Origin: an uncultured virus (IMG/VR IMGVR_UViG_3300012271_000008)
Lineage: Duplodnaviria; Heunggongvirae; Uroviricota; Caudoviricetes
Reading direction: 5' to 3' (one strand)
Virus record (IMG/VR): IMGVR_UViG_3300012271_000008
Span: 1 to 64,000 of that record
Length of the DNA: 64,000 nucleotides
Part shown: piece by piece, positions 28,953 through 38,820 of the stretch
How positions within the stretch are numbered: the stretch's first letter is position 1
Layout of the letters: each line of letters opens with the position of its first letter
Notes under the pieces: generated by a model
What the model was told of the DNA's origin: nothing
Seen by the model: only the letters and a program-made list of their open reading frames with translations
Databases searched by the model: none
Translations under genes and position numbers: made by a program

Positions 28953-30632
28953 TTATACTGGTATGCAAGCTATTTTATAATCATCTCCGTTTATTTTTAC
29001 TGTCCAAGTTTTAGTTGCAGTAATTGTTTCTGTAGTTATAGCTCCTGCATTAACTGAAGAACTGCCTATTACAAATTGATTATCTGCTGTTGCTACTGCA
29101 GTATGACCTATTACAACTGAACCATCAAAGTCTCCACTTTGAGAAAATTTACCTATAGCAATGTTATTACTTCCTGTTGTATTATTAGGTAAAGAACCAT
29201 AACCTATAGCGGTGTTTTCACTTCCTGTTGTATTGTAAGCAAGACTTAAAGCTCCGTTTGCTGTATTTTTATTTCCTGTAGTATTAGTTAAAAGACTTCT
29301 CCAACCTGAAGCCTGATTTTCTTCTCCTGTAGTGTTTGCTGTAAGACTCTCAAATCCATAAGCAGAATTTTTATCCGCAGTAGTGTTACTCAAAAGACTA
29401 CTAACTCCTGATGCTGTATTTTGAGTTCCTGTAGTATTTTCTGCAAGGCTATTAAATCCATAAGCTGTATTATCATCTGCTGTAGTGTTATTTAAAAGAC
29501 TAGAAGTTCCTGTTGCGGTGTTACTAGTTCCTGTGGTATTGCTTAAAAGACTACTATAACCAATAGCTGTATTACCATCTGCAGTAATATTATTTTGAAG
29601 ACTAGAACGCCCTACAGCAGTATTATTATCTCCTGTAGTATTATAAAGAAGACTATTTGTTCCATTAGAAACATTATTACTACCTGTTGTGTTTGAAAGA
29701 AGACTTTGACGTCCAATAGCATTATTACTATTTCCAGTAGTATTAGCAAAAAGGCTTTTAAACCCTAAAGAGGAATTATTGATTCCTGTTGTATTATTCT
29801 GAAGATTACCCATTCCATTTGAAGTATTATTATCTCCTGAAGTATTAGATAAAAGACTGTTAACTCCTGTAGCAGTGTTGTTACCTCCTGATATATTACG
29901 TTCAAGACTTTTAGACCCGTTAGCAGTATTATTAACTCCATTAACGTTTGCTTTAAGAGCATTATAACCACTTGCAGTGTTGTTTTCTCCTATAGTGTTA
30001 CTGGATAAAGATTCAGTTCCTATAGCAGTGTTGCCATCTCCCGATGTATTATCAGTAAGAGTTTTATAACCTAATCCAGTATTATTAGATCCTACAATAT
30101 TTGTTTTAAGACTTTCAAATCCAAAAGCTACACTGTTATCGCCTGAAATATTACTAGCAAGACTACTTTGACCACTAGCTGTGTTATTGTTTCCGTTAGT
30201 ATTACTCCCTAAACTTAAAACTCCATTAGCTGTATTACTACTACCAGTAGTATTACTAAGAAGACTTTGACGACCATAAGCAGTATTATTACTACCTGTA
30301 GTATTTGCTTTTAAACTTTCAAAACCATCAGAAGTGTTATTAGAACCTGTGGTATTTACTACAAGTGAATCAAATCCAAAAGCAGTGTTTTCTGTACCTG
30401 TACCTGGACCTGCATTAGTTACACTAGTTCCGTTATCATATATTAATCCATCTCCAATAGTATCTCCTAAAGTAAATTTAGCAACTTGATTTAATGTTCC
30501 ATAAAATTTTGGTTTATCAAGAATAACTGTGTCACAAAGCTTAACTTTAGTTTCTTTGCCATCACTATTTATTGTAAAAAGACTATATTTATTAAAATAA
30601 TCTTTTACAGTTTTTATTAATTGTTTTGTCAT
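28953..30632 (-). CDS. Fibre protein with ~14-aa beta-roll repeats
   Basis: About 30 tandem copies of NTAxGxxSLxxNTTG. Confidence 0.75.
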   Translation of the reverse strand: MTKQLIKTVKDYFNKYSLFTINSDGKETKVKLCDTVILDKPKFYGTLNQVAKFTLGDTIGDGLIYDNGTSVTNAGPGTGTENTAFGFDSLVVNTTGSNNTSDGFESLKANTTGSNNTAYGRQSLLSNTTGSSNTANGVLSLGSNTNGNNNTASGQSSLASNISGDNSVAFGFESLKTNIVGSNNTGLGYKTLTDNTSGDGNTAIGTESLSSNTIGENNTASGYNALKANVNGVNNTANGSKSLERNISGGNNTATGVNSLLSNTSGDNNTSNGMGNLQNNTTGINNSSLGFKSLFANTTGNSNNAIGRQSLLSNTTGSNNVSNGTNSLLYNTTGDNNTAVGRSSLQNNITADGNTAIGYSSLLSNTTGTSNTATGTSSLLNNTTADDNTAYGFNSLAENTTGTQNTASGVSSLLSNTTADKNSAYGFESLTANTTGEENQASGWRSLLTNTTGNKNTANGALSLAYNTTGSENTAIGYGSLPNNTTGSNNIAIGKFSQSGDFDGSVVIGHTAVATADNQFVIGSSSVNAGAITTETITATKTWTVKINGDDYKIACIPV

Positions 30633-30657
30633 TTTAATTTTTTTTATTTTTTAATAT

Positions 30658-30691
30658 AAAAAGGGGTAACAGAATAAACTATTACCCCTAT
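30658..30691 (-). terminator. Intrinsic terminator
   Basis: Minus strand AGGGGTAATAG-TTTATT-CTGTTACCCCT followed by a T-run. Confidence 0.75.
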
Positions 30692-30715
30692 TATAACAAT
30701 TGAAGATATATAAAA

Positions 30716-32035
30716 TTAGTCTATTAAACCAACAAGTGTATCTATAGCAGTTTCTGTAGTAGAACCTGCACCAGCACCCGAGGTTGCAACAGCTAATATT
30801 GTGTATTGTGTACTATCAAATCTATGGCCAGAAGGTGCTCCTTCATGATTATCCACATGCTCAATTGCATACGTTACATATTTTAAACTTGCATCTGTAT
30901 AAAGATCTCTATTAATAACACTATCTGGAGTATTAGTTAATGAAGTATATCTATATAGCAAGTTAGTTCCGAATCCTGTAGACTCTTCTTCTCTATTTTT
31001 AATGGTAACTCCGTTGTTCATTTCATAAACAAGCTTTTGAGGCTCAGTTACAGTTAAATTACAATCAAAACCACATAGTCCTGTTATAGTCAAACTAACA
31101 CCAGAAGTATCTAAGACACTAGTAGGTATTTGACAAAAATCAGAAAGTGCGGTAAAGTTAGTAGTTAACAATATTCCAGAACATCCATCAGAATCTGTAG
31201 AAGCAATAGCTCCTGTAGAATCTAGCGTAATACTTGCAGCTGCTGAATTAAGAATTAATACTGTAAAGTCAGTAGTAGCGTTAAATACTACAGTAGCTTT
31301 TCCTCCTAAACCTGATGCAACTAAAGCATCACTAATAGAATTTTGTAGTAAAAGTGCTCCAGCAGCGTCATCAGAAACTGTTACAGCTGCGGAAGTAGTA
31401 GTTACTCCATTAAATACTATGTCTACTTCTGTGTCAGATGTTAAATCTACATTCTCTAATGTAAAGTCTCCAGGTGTAACTAAAGCTGCACTAAAGAATT
31501 TATCAGGATCTGCGTTAATTTGCTCTACAAGAGATGCTCCTAAAAGGGCACAATCTCCACCACCACAAGTGTCGCAATCTGCATCACAACAATCTGTAGT
31601 AACTGTAAATGTCTTATATAAAGGATTAAATCCTAAATATTCAGAAATCTCTACAGAGTCTACATTTACTTTTAAGCAATAGTCAGTTTCACAACTAGTT
31701 TTTGCCCAATTAATAAATTGCATTTGAGGTACAGGTGCAACGTAATCTTGTTTTTCCACTCCTGTCACTCTCTTAATATCAATAGGTAATGAAACCTCTA
31801 AATTATCTGTTGTACCATCTCCGTCTGCATCTACTCCTACTACAAAATATACTTTTTTAGTAGTTGAAGGAACAGAAGAAGAGATAGCTATTTTTGTATT
31901 ATAGTCAAACATTCCAAGTTGTCCTGGGTCTATATTAAAAGCACCAGTTGTTAGATTATAAAGACTTGTACCGTTAGATACTACTGCTTTACCACTATTT
32001 ACTAGTGACAAAAATTTACTTACTCTTTTTTCCAT
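30716..32035 (-). CDS. Virion structural protein (probable auxiliary capsid/decoration protein)
   Basis: 439 aa, Thr/Ala/Asp-rich with highly expressed codon style; downstream of MCP and followed by a terminator. Confidence 0.6.
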   Translation of the reverse strand: MEKRVSKFLSLVNSGKAVVSNGTSLYNLTTGAFNIDPGQLGMFDYNTKIAISSSVPSTTKKVYFVVGVDADGDGTTDNLEVSLPIDIKRVTGVEKQDYVAPVPQMQFINWAKTSCETDYCLKVNVDSVEISEYLGFNPLYKTFTVTTDCCDADCDTCGGGDCALLGASLVEQINADPDKFFSAALVTPGDFTLENVDLTSDTEVDIVFNGVTTTSAAVTVSDDAAGALLLQNSISDALVASGLGGKATVVFNATTDFTVLILNSAAASITLDSTGAIASTDSDGCSGILLTTNFTALSDFCQIPTSVLDTSGVSLTITGLCGFDCNLTVTEPQKLVYEMNNGVTIKNREEESTGFGTNLLYRYTSLTNTPDSVINRDLYTDASLKYVTYAIEHVDNHEGAPSGHRFDSTQYTILAVATSGAGAGSTTETAIDTLVGLID

Positions 32036-32048
32036 TTTATTTATTTAT

Positions 32049-32819
32049 TTATTCGTTTATATTCAACTTAGTATTTCCAAGTTGTACTCTTTGATCCCCT
32101 AAATCCATCATTGCTAATACAATTGATTCATCTACTATTTCTGAAGTAACATACATAGACTGTAATTCACAGTCTGTCTGTACTGCAGTAGTACCGTCAG
32201 GGTAATTATATCCTATAACAGCTCCCAAATTATTTTTTATAGCATTTGGATTAGCTATTTTTAATGGTCTTTTAATGTAATCTAACTCTAACTCTGTTAT
32301 TGAAAATGTTCCATCTGTATATACATACAAGAAATTTTCTGAAAATAAGTAAGGAGCTTGTCTCCACTCAAATGAGGGGTTATAAAACTCTGATCTTAGT
32401 ATTTCATTTAAATCATCAGTTTGAGCAGCAATACCATCTAGGCTTACATTAGTACATTCACCTTTAGTACCTTTAAAGCTTACTCTAGTTTTGTAAAGAT
32501 ATTTTAATTTACCATTTACTAACCCTAAATCCTCTAAATTAAATCTGTAGACATTAGCATTAACAATAGAAGCTGTTAAAGGCTGTAATGTATCACCTTC
32601 AAACTTAATATGTATATCTCTTAGGTCTTCTATTCTTTTTTGAGTAGTTTCAAAACCAAGTTGATATGTATTATTACGGTTAATTCTTTTCTTAACAAAA
32701 AGTTCTTGACCTTCATTTAGGTATAAATCTATTTCTTCAGGTCTAAAATTTCTGTAATTCTGTGAATCAACTTTATTAAGTTTCCTTTTAAAATCAATAT
32801 GTTGTTCTTCTACAGTCAT
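32049..32819 (-). CDS. Head-tail ring/adaptor protein
   Basis: NKVDSQ...EEIDLYLNEGQ...GFETTQKRIEDLR...YIKRP resembles a conserved crAss-like core gene. Confidence 0.7.
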   Translation of the reverse strand: MTVEEQHIDFKRKLNKVDSQNYRNFRPEEIDLYLNEGQELFVKKRINRNNTYQLGFETTQKRIEDLRDIHIKFEGDTLQPLTASIVNANVYRFNLEDLGLVNGKLKYLYKTRVSFKGTKGECTNVSLDGIAAQTDDLNEILRSEFYNPSFEWRQAPYLFSENFLYVYTDGTFSITELELDYIKRPLKIANPNAIKNNLGAVIGYNYPDGTTAVQTDCELQSMYVTSEIVDESIVLAMMDLGDQRVQLGNTKLNINE

Positions 32820-32824
32820 TAAAT

Positions 32825-33646
32825 TTAGCTACTTAGTTTAGAATGCTCTAATCTATCTTTATACATTATATAAGAAGATTGCTTATCTGGTTGTAATAGG
32901 AATTCAGAGAATATTCTAATATCTCCTAAGCTATTGTCTCCATCAAAGTAAACATCTGCTCTTTTTCTAATTACACCATAATCTTCTAAATCAAATATGA
33001 AAGCTCTAATCTTTACTATTTCTTTAGATAGTTTAGTAATACTTAAAAACTTTTCTGGACTATCCTCTAATTTAGACGCTAACATTTGTTTTATAGTAGT
33101 ATCACTTACAGTATCTCCACCTTCTCCATATATTTTTAATATGTCTTTTTTACCTTGAGATGAAAGTTTAGCAAATTTAAGGAATGCTTCTTCTTTAAGT
33201 TCAACTTTTTTAATATTTTCTTCTGCTTCAGCTTCTATATCTTCTATATAAAAGTCTGTATCAGGACTAATATCTTCTATTGAATTGGCTACTTTACCAT
33301 GTGCTTTTAGTACTTCAATTATAAGAGCCTCTCTTGGAGTGGCTTTATGGTACACATTTGGCTCATCTTTCAATTTAATGGTAAAATTAGTCCAATATTC
33401 ATTAGTAATTACACTAGCTAAATGCTTTTCAGGATAACCTAATAGTTTTTCAAACTTAGATTCGCTTTCTTCAGTTAATCCAGTATGTAAACCATAGGAA
33501 TCATAATCTGGAACTAATACTGTACTAGCATTATGTAATTTATTTTTATCAAATTCTTTAGTATTAACCCAAGGCTTTTTCCTAATTACGGGTCTTACTA
33601 TTACTGTTGCTTCTTTTATTTCTCTCATTTTATATATATATATCAA
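32825..33646 (-). CDS. Conserved crAss-like protein downstream of MCP
   Basis: 273 aa, TGLTEE...YWTNF motif; synteny. The true start is probably MREIKE (33628). Confidence 0.6.
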   Translation of the reverse strand: MIYIYKMREIKEATVIVRPVIRKKPWVNTKEFDKNKLHNASTVLVPDYDSYGLHTGLTEESESKFEKLLGYPEKHLASVITNEYWTNFTIKLKDEPNVYHKATPREALIIEVLKAHGKVANSIEDISPDTDFYIEDIEAEAEENIKKVELKEEAFLKFAKLSSQGKKDILKIYGEGGDTVSDTTIKQMLASKLEDSPEKFLSITKLSKEIVKIRAFIFDLEDYGVIRKRADVYFDGDNSLGDIRIFSEFLLQPDKQSSYIMYKDRLEHSKLSS

Positions 33647-33653
33647 TTTAAAA

Positions 33654-33682
33654 TATAGGGAGAGTGTTATGCTCTCCCTATA
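33654..33682 (-). terminator. Hairpin terminator after MCP
   Basis: TATAGGGAGAG-N7-CTCTCCCTATA inverted repeat with a T-run on the minus strand. Confidence 0.75.
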
Positions 33683-33691
33683 AGTTTTTAT

Positions 33692-35140
33692 TTATTTACT
33701 AATACTTAGTCTAAGTTGACCACATCTAGAAACATCTGTTATTTTAACACCTGCTTCCTCTTGCTCAATCATAGTATAAGCATCTTCAGAATTACTCATC
33801 ATTTCACCACGGTTAGCACCATAAGGAGAAGTAAGACCAGATACATAACCTGACTTCTTTTCACCTTGTAGTATTTCTAGGTTACCACCACCAGTTGAGT
33901 CTGAAAGATCAAAGAAAGTAAATTTCTGGGATTCTGCAGGCTTTCCTGTTACTGGGTCTACCAACCATTGTTTAGAAGTATCATCATAACAAGGATTATG
34001 GTTTATGTCAAAAACAACACCATTAATTCCTCTATAACGTACAAACTGACGACCAAATTCTTTAGCATTCTTATTGAATTCAGAACCTGCAGCATCATTA
34101 ATGATAGAAGTATCCATTGTAAGGAACTTACTAGCATCACTTTCTAATGCTTTATGTAGAGAAGCTGATCCGTACTCACCTGTGTAAGACTGTACGTGAC
34201 GTGAATTAAATCCTACTCTATTATAAAAAATGTCTTCAAGATACTCTTGAATAAGCTTAGTGCTTAATTTGTTATAATAATGAAGATGACCTGATTCCAT
34301 CAGTTGTTCTATACCAGCACCTGTTCTTACTGGACGACCAGTAGTGTCAGGAGTACCATTAGACTCTCTTCCATACCAAAATAAGAATTCTCTCTCACGA
34401 GCGAACTGTGCCTTAAATTCAGCATCTGCATAATTGATCCATTTAGATTCATGTACTTTGTTATTAGCATCCATTAGTGCAATTTCTAGCACTCCTTTAG
34501 ACGCAGCATCACCTGTAATCTTGTATTCCTTCTTAATCTTAGAAGTTTGCGTTCTAAGAGAAAAAGGCATTGCAAAATGTACAGAACCTGCACTATCAGA
34601 ACCTTCTCCATAAGTAGAGAATAGTTTTGAGAATTTAGCTCCTGTTCTTAGGTATGAGTTTGGAAGAAACATTGTTTTGTCATCTTCTTGAAACATAACT
34701 GTGTATTTATAACCTTTAGCTCCACCAACTTTAACTGGGGGTGCTTGTACTCTTAGCAAGTACTTTTTGTTAGCAGGGGCTATTACATCACCTACTTTAT
34801 ACCAATTAGCATCCAACATAATCTCAAATTGTGATTTACCAAGACCTTTTTTAAGGTTAGCTGGTTCTAAATCACGAACACATACAAGAGGTCTATCAGA
34901 CGCTCCCATTAGTTCCCATTCGTAAACGTCTTGAGTCATTTTCTTCACACGTGAAGGATTTGCATCAGCATACGCTTGCATTGGATTATACATATTTGAT
35001 CTAGATATGAACTGACGCTCAAGTTTTCTAGATACTTTTTCTGGTGATACCAAACCTGCCTTTGCAAGGTGGTTCATTTCTGTATCGTTAGCATGCCACG
35101 GTCTGTGGCGTACTTTTGCTTTTAAATTTAAATTTGCCAT
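33692..35140 (-). CDS. Major capsid protein
   Basis: 482 aa, portal-scaffold-MCP order; YEWEL, KEYKITG, LFWYG, RPVRTGAGIEQ motifs. Confidence 0.85.
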   Translation of the reverse strand: MANLNLKAKVRHRPWHANDTEMNHLAKAGLVSPEKVSRKLERQFISRSNMYNPMQAYADANPSRVKKMTQDVYEWELMGASDRPLVCVRDLEPANLKKGLGKSQFEIMLDANWYKVGDVIAPANKKYLLRVQAPPVKVGGAKGYKYTVMFQEDDKTMFLPNSYLRTGAKFSKLFSTYGEGSDSAGSVHFAMPFSLRTQTSKIKKEYKITGDAASKGVLEIALMDANNKVHESKWINYADAEFKAQFAREREFLFWYGRESNGTPDTTGRPVRTGAGIEQLMESGHLHYYNKLSTKLIQEYLEDIFYNRVGFNSRHVQSYTGEYGSASLHKALESDASKFLTMDTSIINDAAGSEFNKNAKEFGRQFVRYRGINGVVFDINHNPCYDDTSKQWLVDPVTGKPAESQKFTFFDLSDSTGGGNLEILQGEKKSGYVSGLTSPYGANRGEMMSNSEDAYTMIEQEEAGVKITDVSRCGQLRLSISK

Positions 35141-35170
35141 TGTTTTTTGTTTTATTTATTTATTTATTTA

Positions 35171-36316
35171 TTAATCTAAAGCAAGCCAATCATTAAATGA
35201 TGATTTAGATTTAGAACTCTTTTTAGAGTTTTTTCCTCCTCCAGTGGCTAACTTTGACGCCGTGGATTGCTGTTTGTATTGCTTACTTAGTTCTTTAAAT
35301 TTGTTGGAATGTTCTGTTACACCTTTCTTTTTAATAGAGGTAAGTTTACCTTTATTTTTAGTATATAGTGCATCAAAAATTATATCCTCAAATTTTACTT
35401 CTTTAACTTTTTGTCTTTCAACTTTATCCAATTGATACTGTGTAATCATATAAGCATTACCATTATCATCTACATATTTGTTATTTCTATCAAATATATA
35501 ACTAGTAAGTTCATCTTTTGATTTTTTAGTAGTAATTGGAAAATCATTTATTTCAGAAGAATTTTTAATTAAATCCTTAATAGTTTTTTCTCTGTCAGCT
35601 TGTTCAGATTGCTGAAGTGCTCTTCTAGCAGTTTCAGTATCTTCTATTTCTTTTAACTCAGACTCTTTTTCGTCTTTAAAGAATTTTTTTGCGTCTTCAA
35701 ACTCTTCATCAATTTCTTCATTATCTTCTAATGCAGTTACTAATGTGTTTATTCTGTTAGAACTTAAACCTTTTCTTTTATAAAGCTCTTTAATTGCTTC
35801 CAATTTACCCTCTTCATCAGAGGATTCTATGTTAGCATAATCTTCTTTAGAAGAAATCTGTATGTAGTCAGTTGCTCTACCACCTTTTTCAATGAACTCA
35901 ATAAAACTTTTAGAATCACTTGACAAAGAATTCTTGTAATTACTTACTTGTTCTTGTATAGTATGTTCTATAATTTTATCTAAATCATCTTCATTTTCAA
36001 TATCCATACCTTCTGGTATGCTTACTAATCCTGAATCTGCCCATTTTGCAGTAATATAAGAAAGCAAATTTTCATTACCCTCTCCTTCTTCTTCCTCTTC
36101 TTCAGATTCGTCAGATTCATCATCAGATTTATCATCCTCTTCTTCCTCTTCTTCTTCTAATTCCTCTTCTTCTTCTTCCTCGTCCTCATCAGTTACTTCT
36201 TTTTTGGATGATTTTTTTTTAGAATCTTCAACTTCAAAAGTCTCGTCATCTAAGAATTCCCAATCCTCACTATCGTCTCCACTGAAAACATCTTCAAATG
36301 TTGTTTTTTCACTCAT
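35171..36316 (-). CDS. Putative scaffold protein (highly acidic)
   Basis: 381 aa with poly-Glu/Asp tracts, between portal and MCP. Confidence 0.65.
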   Translation of the reverse strand: MSEKTTFEDVFSGDDSEDWEFLDDETFEVEDSKKKSSKKEVTDEDEEEEEEELEEEEEEEDDKSDDESDESEEEEEEGEGNENLLSYITAKWADSGLVSIPEGMDIENEDDLDKIIEHTIQEQVSNYKNSLSSDSKSFIEFIEKGGRATDYIQISSKEDYANIESSDEEGKLEAIKELYKRKGLSSNRINTLVTALEDNEEIDEEFEDAKKFFKDEKESELKEIEDTETARRALQQSEQADREKTIKDLIKNSSEINDFPITTKKSKDELTSYIFDRNNKYVDDNGNAYMITQYQLDKVERQKVKEVKFEDIIFDALYTKNKGKLTSIKKKGVTEHSNKFKELSKQYKQQSTASKLATGGGKNSKKSSKSKSSFNDWLALD

Positions 36317-36404
36317 TTTAATACAATTATAATTATTTTAATTTACTTTTACAAATTTATTTAGTGTGTTTTATAAGTTTTATTGGCCACTGTATAGCCT
36401 TTTC

Positions 36405-38819
36405 TTATTTCTCTCCACTTACTTTATTCTTTAAAGCTGTCTTAGCTTTTAACTTTTCTGTTCTTTCTTTACTTTCTATTTCTTTTTCTTTTAATCTATT
36501 TTTTTCTGTTTCTATACCTAATTTTTTATTAATTTCATCAGACTTCATGTCTAACTCTTTCATTCTCATCTCGGAATCTGCTAAAAATTTATCAACTTCT
36601 AACTGATCTGGAATTCCATTACCATCACTATCTTGTGTTTCTGCAAACTTAAATGAACCAACTTCTGCAACATAACGAGCTGTTTCAGCTACTAAATCTG
36701 CTTTATATTTTTCCATTTGTAGTTTTGTGTTTTCTAATTCTAATTTATTTTTTTCATTTTCAGCATTAGCTTCTCTTTCTGCTTGAGCACCTTGAGCTTG
36801 CATTTGTTGCATTTTCATTTCGCCACCTTCTAAAGTATCTATTAATTCTCCTGGAGTTGCATTACCTCTAATCATTTTAGCAATAGAACTTAAAGTAGCA
36901 GATTGATTTTGTAAAGCTGCATGTGCTAATTGCTTTAACTCATTATACATTCTCATGTCTTCAGAAGAAGAAGATATATAAGCACCTATTCTTGCTAAAG
37001 GTAATTTTTCTAAATCTAATTCAATAATCTTTTTAGATAAATCAGATAGTATATAAGTTAAATTTTCAGTACCATATTTATGATATGCAAATTTAGCAAC
37101 ATTTAAAAGTTGAGTTACAAAAGCTTTTTTACCTAACTCATGTGTAGCAAACCAAGGTTCTGTAGTATAGTTAGACTGAACTATTTGTTGTTGCGTAGTT
37201 CCAACTAATTCTCTATTACCCTGTTGACCTGTTCTAGCATCATTCATTCCAATAACTTTACCACATTGAGCATCAATATATTCTAGTAATTGTACTTTTT
37301 TATCTATAGATGCAGCTGCAGTCATATCAACACTTCTCCAAGAAGTCATGTCATTATTACCTCTATTACCTTCTTCATTAGGATTTATCCAAATAATGTC
37401 ATCTACATTTAAGTAATGTTGCCATTTATCTAGATCTATTCCCATTGATGTAGGAATTTGATTAATATTTGCTAGTAGTTTTTTACCTTTATCAGAAGCT
37501 ATATCTCTTTGTATTAATCTAAATACAATATTAGCAAAGTATTGAAAAGGTAACATTAAATCTACTGGACCTACTGGTTGTGAATTTAAATTATTATGTA
37601 TAACACCTGTGTAAGGTAATGGGCAATCATAAGGATCATCCTCATTATCATAAAATTTATCTACTGCTCCCCAATCTGTCCAAATATCATCATTAATTTC
37701 AGTTATTTGTCTAATCTCTGGATACCATTCCCACTTAATACTTAAATCTCCTCTTTCTTCATTTACACTGTAACCTTCTGGCACACGCATAACTTGAATA
37801 CCTTCGTCTTCATCCATGTAAGTTAAAAAGCCTACTTTGTACCAATCTCTCCAAACATGATGCATAACTTTAGATTTATTACTAGTAGTAGCTGGACTAC
37901 CATCAGTATCTAAAGAGAACCAGTCATTTTGATCTACATCAGATTCTATTTCCCATTTGTCATCTATTCTAGTTCTAGCTCCACCACCTCTACTGCTTCC
38001 TTCATAAATTCTATCTATTTCAGATTTAGTTAAGTTAGGAAACATAGATACAACTCTAGATGGACTCATGTAATCATATGTAGTAGCCCATTCACCTTCG
38101 TGAATAAACATTAAATCTGAATCCATATCACAAGAAAATCTTAAAGGATTAACAACTTTACCTATTGGTTTTTTATTAACAATACCAGTATAGTATATTT
38201 CAAAAGCTGAAGTTAATCCATGCTTCCAAGCTGTTCTATCTTTTTCTTTTAAGAATTGATCTTCTTTAAGATGATTGTAAATTTCTTGAGCCATTGTTTC
38301 ATATGAGTCTCTGTAGTCTCTCATATAATCCGCAATTTCTTCTGGGGACATAACCTCTTGTTCCATTTTAGCAATTTCTTTTTCTTGCAAATCTGGATTA
38401 CTTTTAAGAGCTTCTTCCATTCTAGCTTTTTTAATTTCATTAACTACATACATAGAAGTTAACTCACCTTTCTTTTTATTATTTTCTTGAACTGCTTCAG
38501 GATTTGTAGTAAATATTCTAGTGTTATCTGGACGTTTTAACATCTCTCCTTCTAAATATTTAAAATGAGAAGTAAGTATAGGAAAATTATGCATTTCATC
38601 TGCTAAGTCTCCACTTGAAAATCCATGAGGTTTTGTAATGTGTTCAAAATTTTCTTGATTAAGTATACCATTTACAGCATCATAATTTATTTTGTTCTTT
38701 TTGTAGTTTGAGGAATAGTTACTATCTGTACTAATTTCTCTAGCTTTGGCAATATGCCATTCTTTTGTTTTTTGAGATTTTGACACTCTGTTTTTATAAA
38801 CAACTTTTTTATTTTCCAT
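36405..38819 (-). CDS. Portal protein
   Basis: 804 aa after TerL; SKSQKTKEW, VVNPL, PFQYFANIV, ASDKGK and a coiled-coil C-terminus. Confidence 0.85.
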   Translation of the reverse strand: MENKKVVYKNRVSKSQKTKEWHIAKAREISTDSNYSSNYKKNKINYDAVNGILNQENFEHITKPHGFSSGDLADEMHNFPILTSHFKYLEGEMLKRPDNTRIFTTNPEAVQENNKKKGELTSMYVVNEIKKARMEEALKSNPDLQEKEIAKMEQEVMSPEEIADYMRDYRDSYETMAQEIYNHLKEDQFLKEKDRTAWKHGLTSAFEIYYTGIVNKKPIGKVVNPLRFSCDMDSDLMFIHEGEWATTYDYMSPSRVVSMFPNLTKSEIDRIYEGSSRGGGARTRIDDKWEIESDVDQNDWFSLDTDGSPATTSNKSKVMHHVWRDWYKVGFLTYMDEDEGIQVMRVPEGYSVNEERGDLSIKWEWYPEIRQITEINDDIWTDWGAVDKFYDNEDDPYDCPLPYTGVIHNNLNSQPVGPVDLMLPFQYFANIVFRLIQRDIASDKGKKLLANINQIPTSMGIDLDKWQHYLNVDDIIWINPNEEGNRGNNDMTSWRSVDMTAAASIDKKVQLLEYIDAQCGKVIGMNDARTGQQGNRELVGTTQQQIVQSNYTTEPWFATHELGKKAFVTQLLNVAKFAYHKYGTENLTYILSDLSKKIIELDLEKLPLARIGAYISSSSEDMRMYNELKQLAHAALQNQSATLSSIAKMIRGNATPGELIDTLEGGEMKMQQMQAQGAQAEREANAENEKNKLELENTKLQMEKYKADLVAETARYVAEVGSFKFAETQDSDGNGIPDQLEVDKFLADSEMRMKELDMKSDEINKKLGIETEKNRLKEKEIESKERTEKLKAKTALKNKVSGEK

Positions 38820-38820
38820 T

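Noticed and set aside
29100..30420. Possible CRISPR array or DGR repeat
   Set aside because: The repeats are degenerate, in-frame and protein-coding, with no spacers; no reverse transcriptase is seen in the window.
36085..36190. TTC/TCC microsatellite-like tract
   Set aside because: It encodes the poly-Glu/Asp stretch of the scaffold-like protein.
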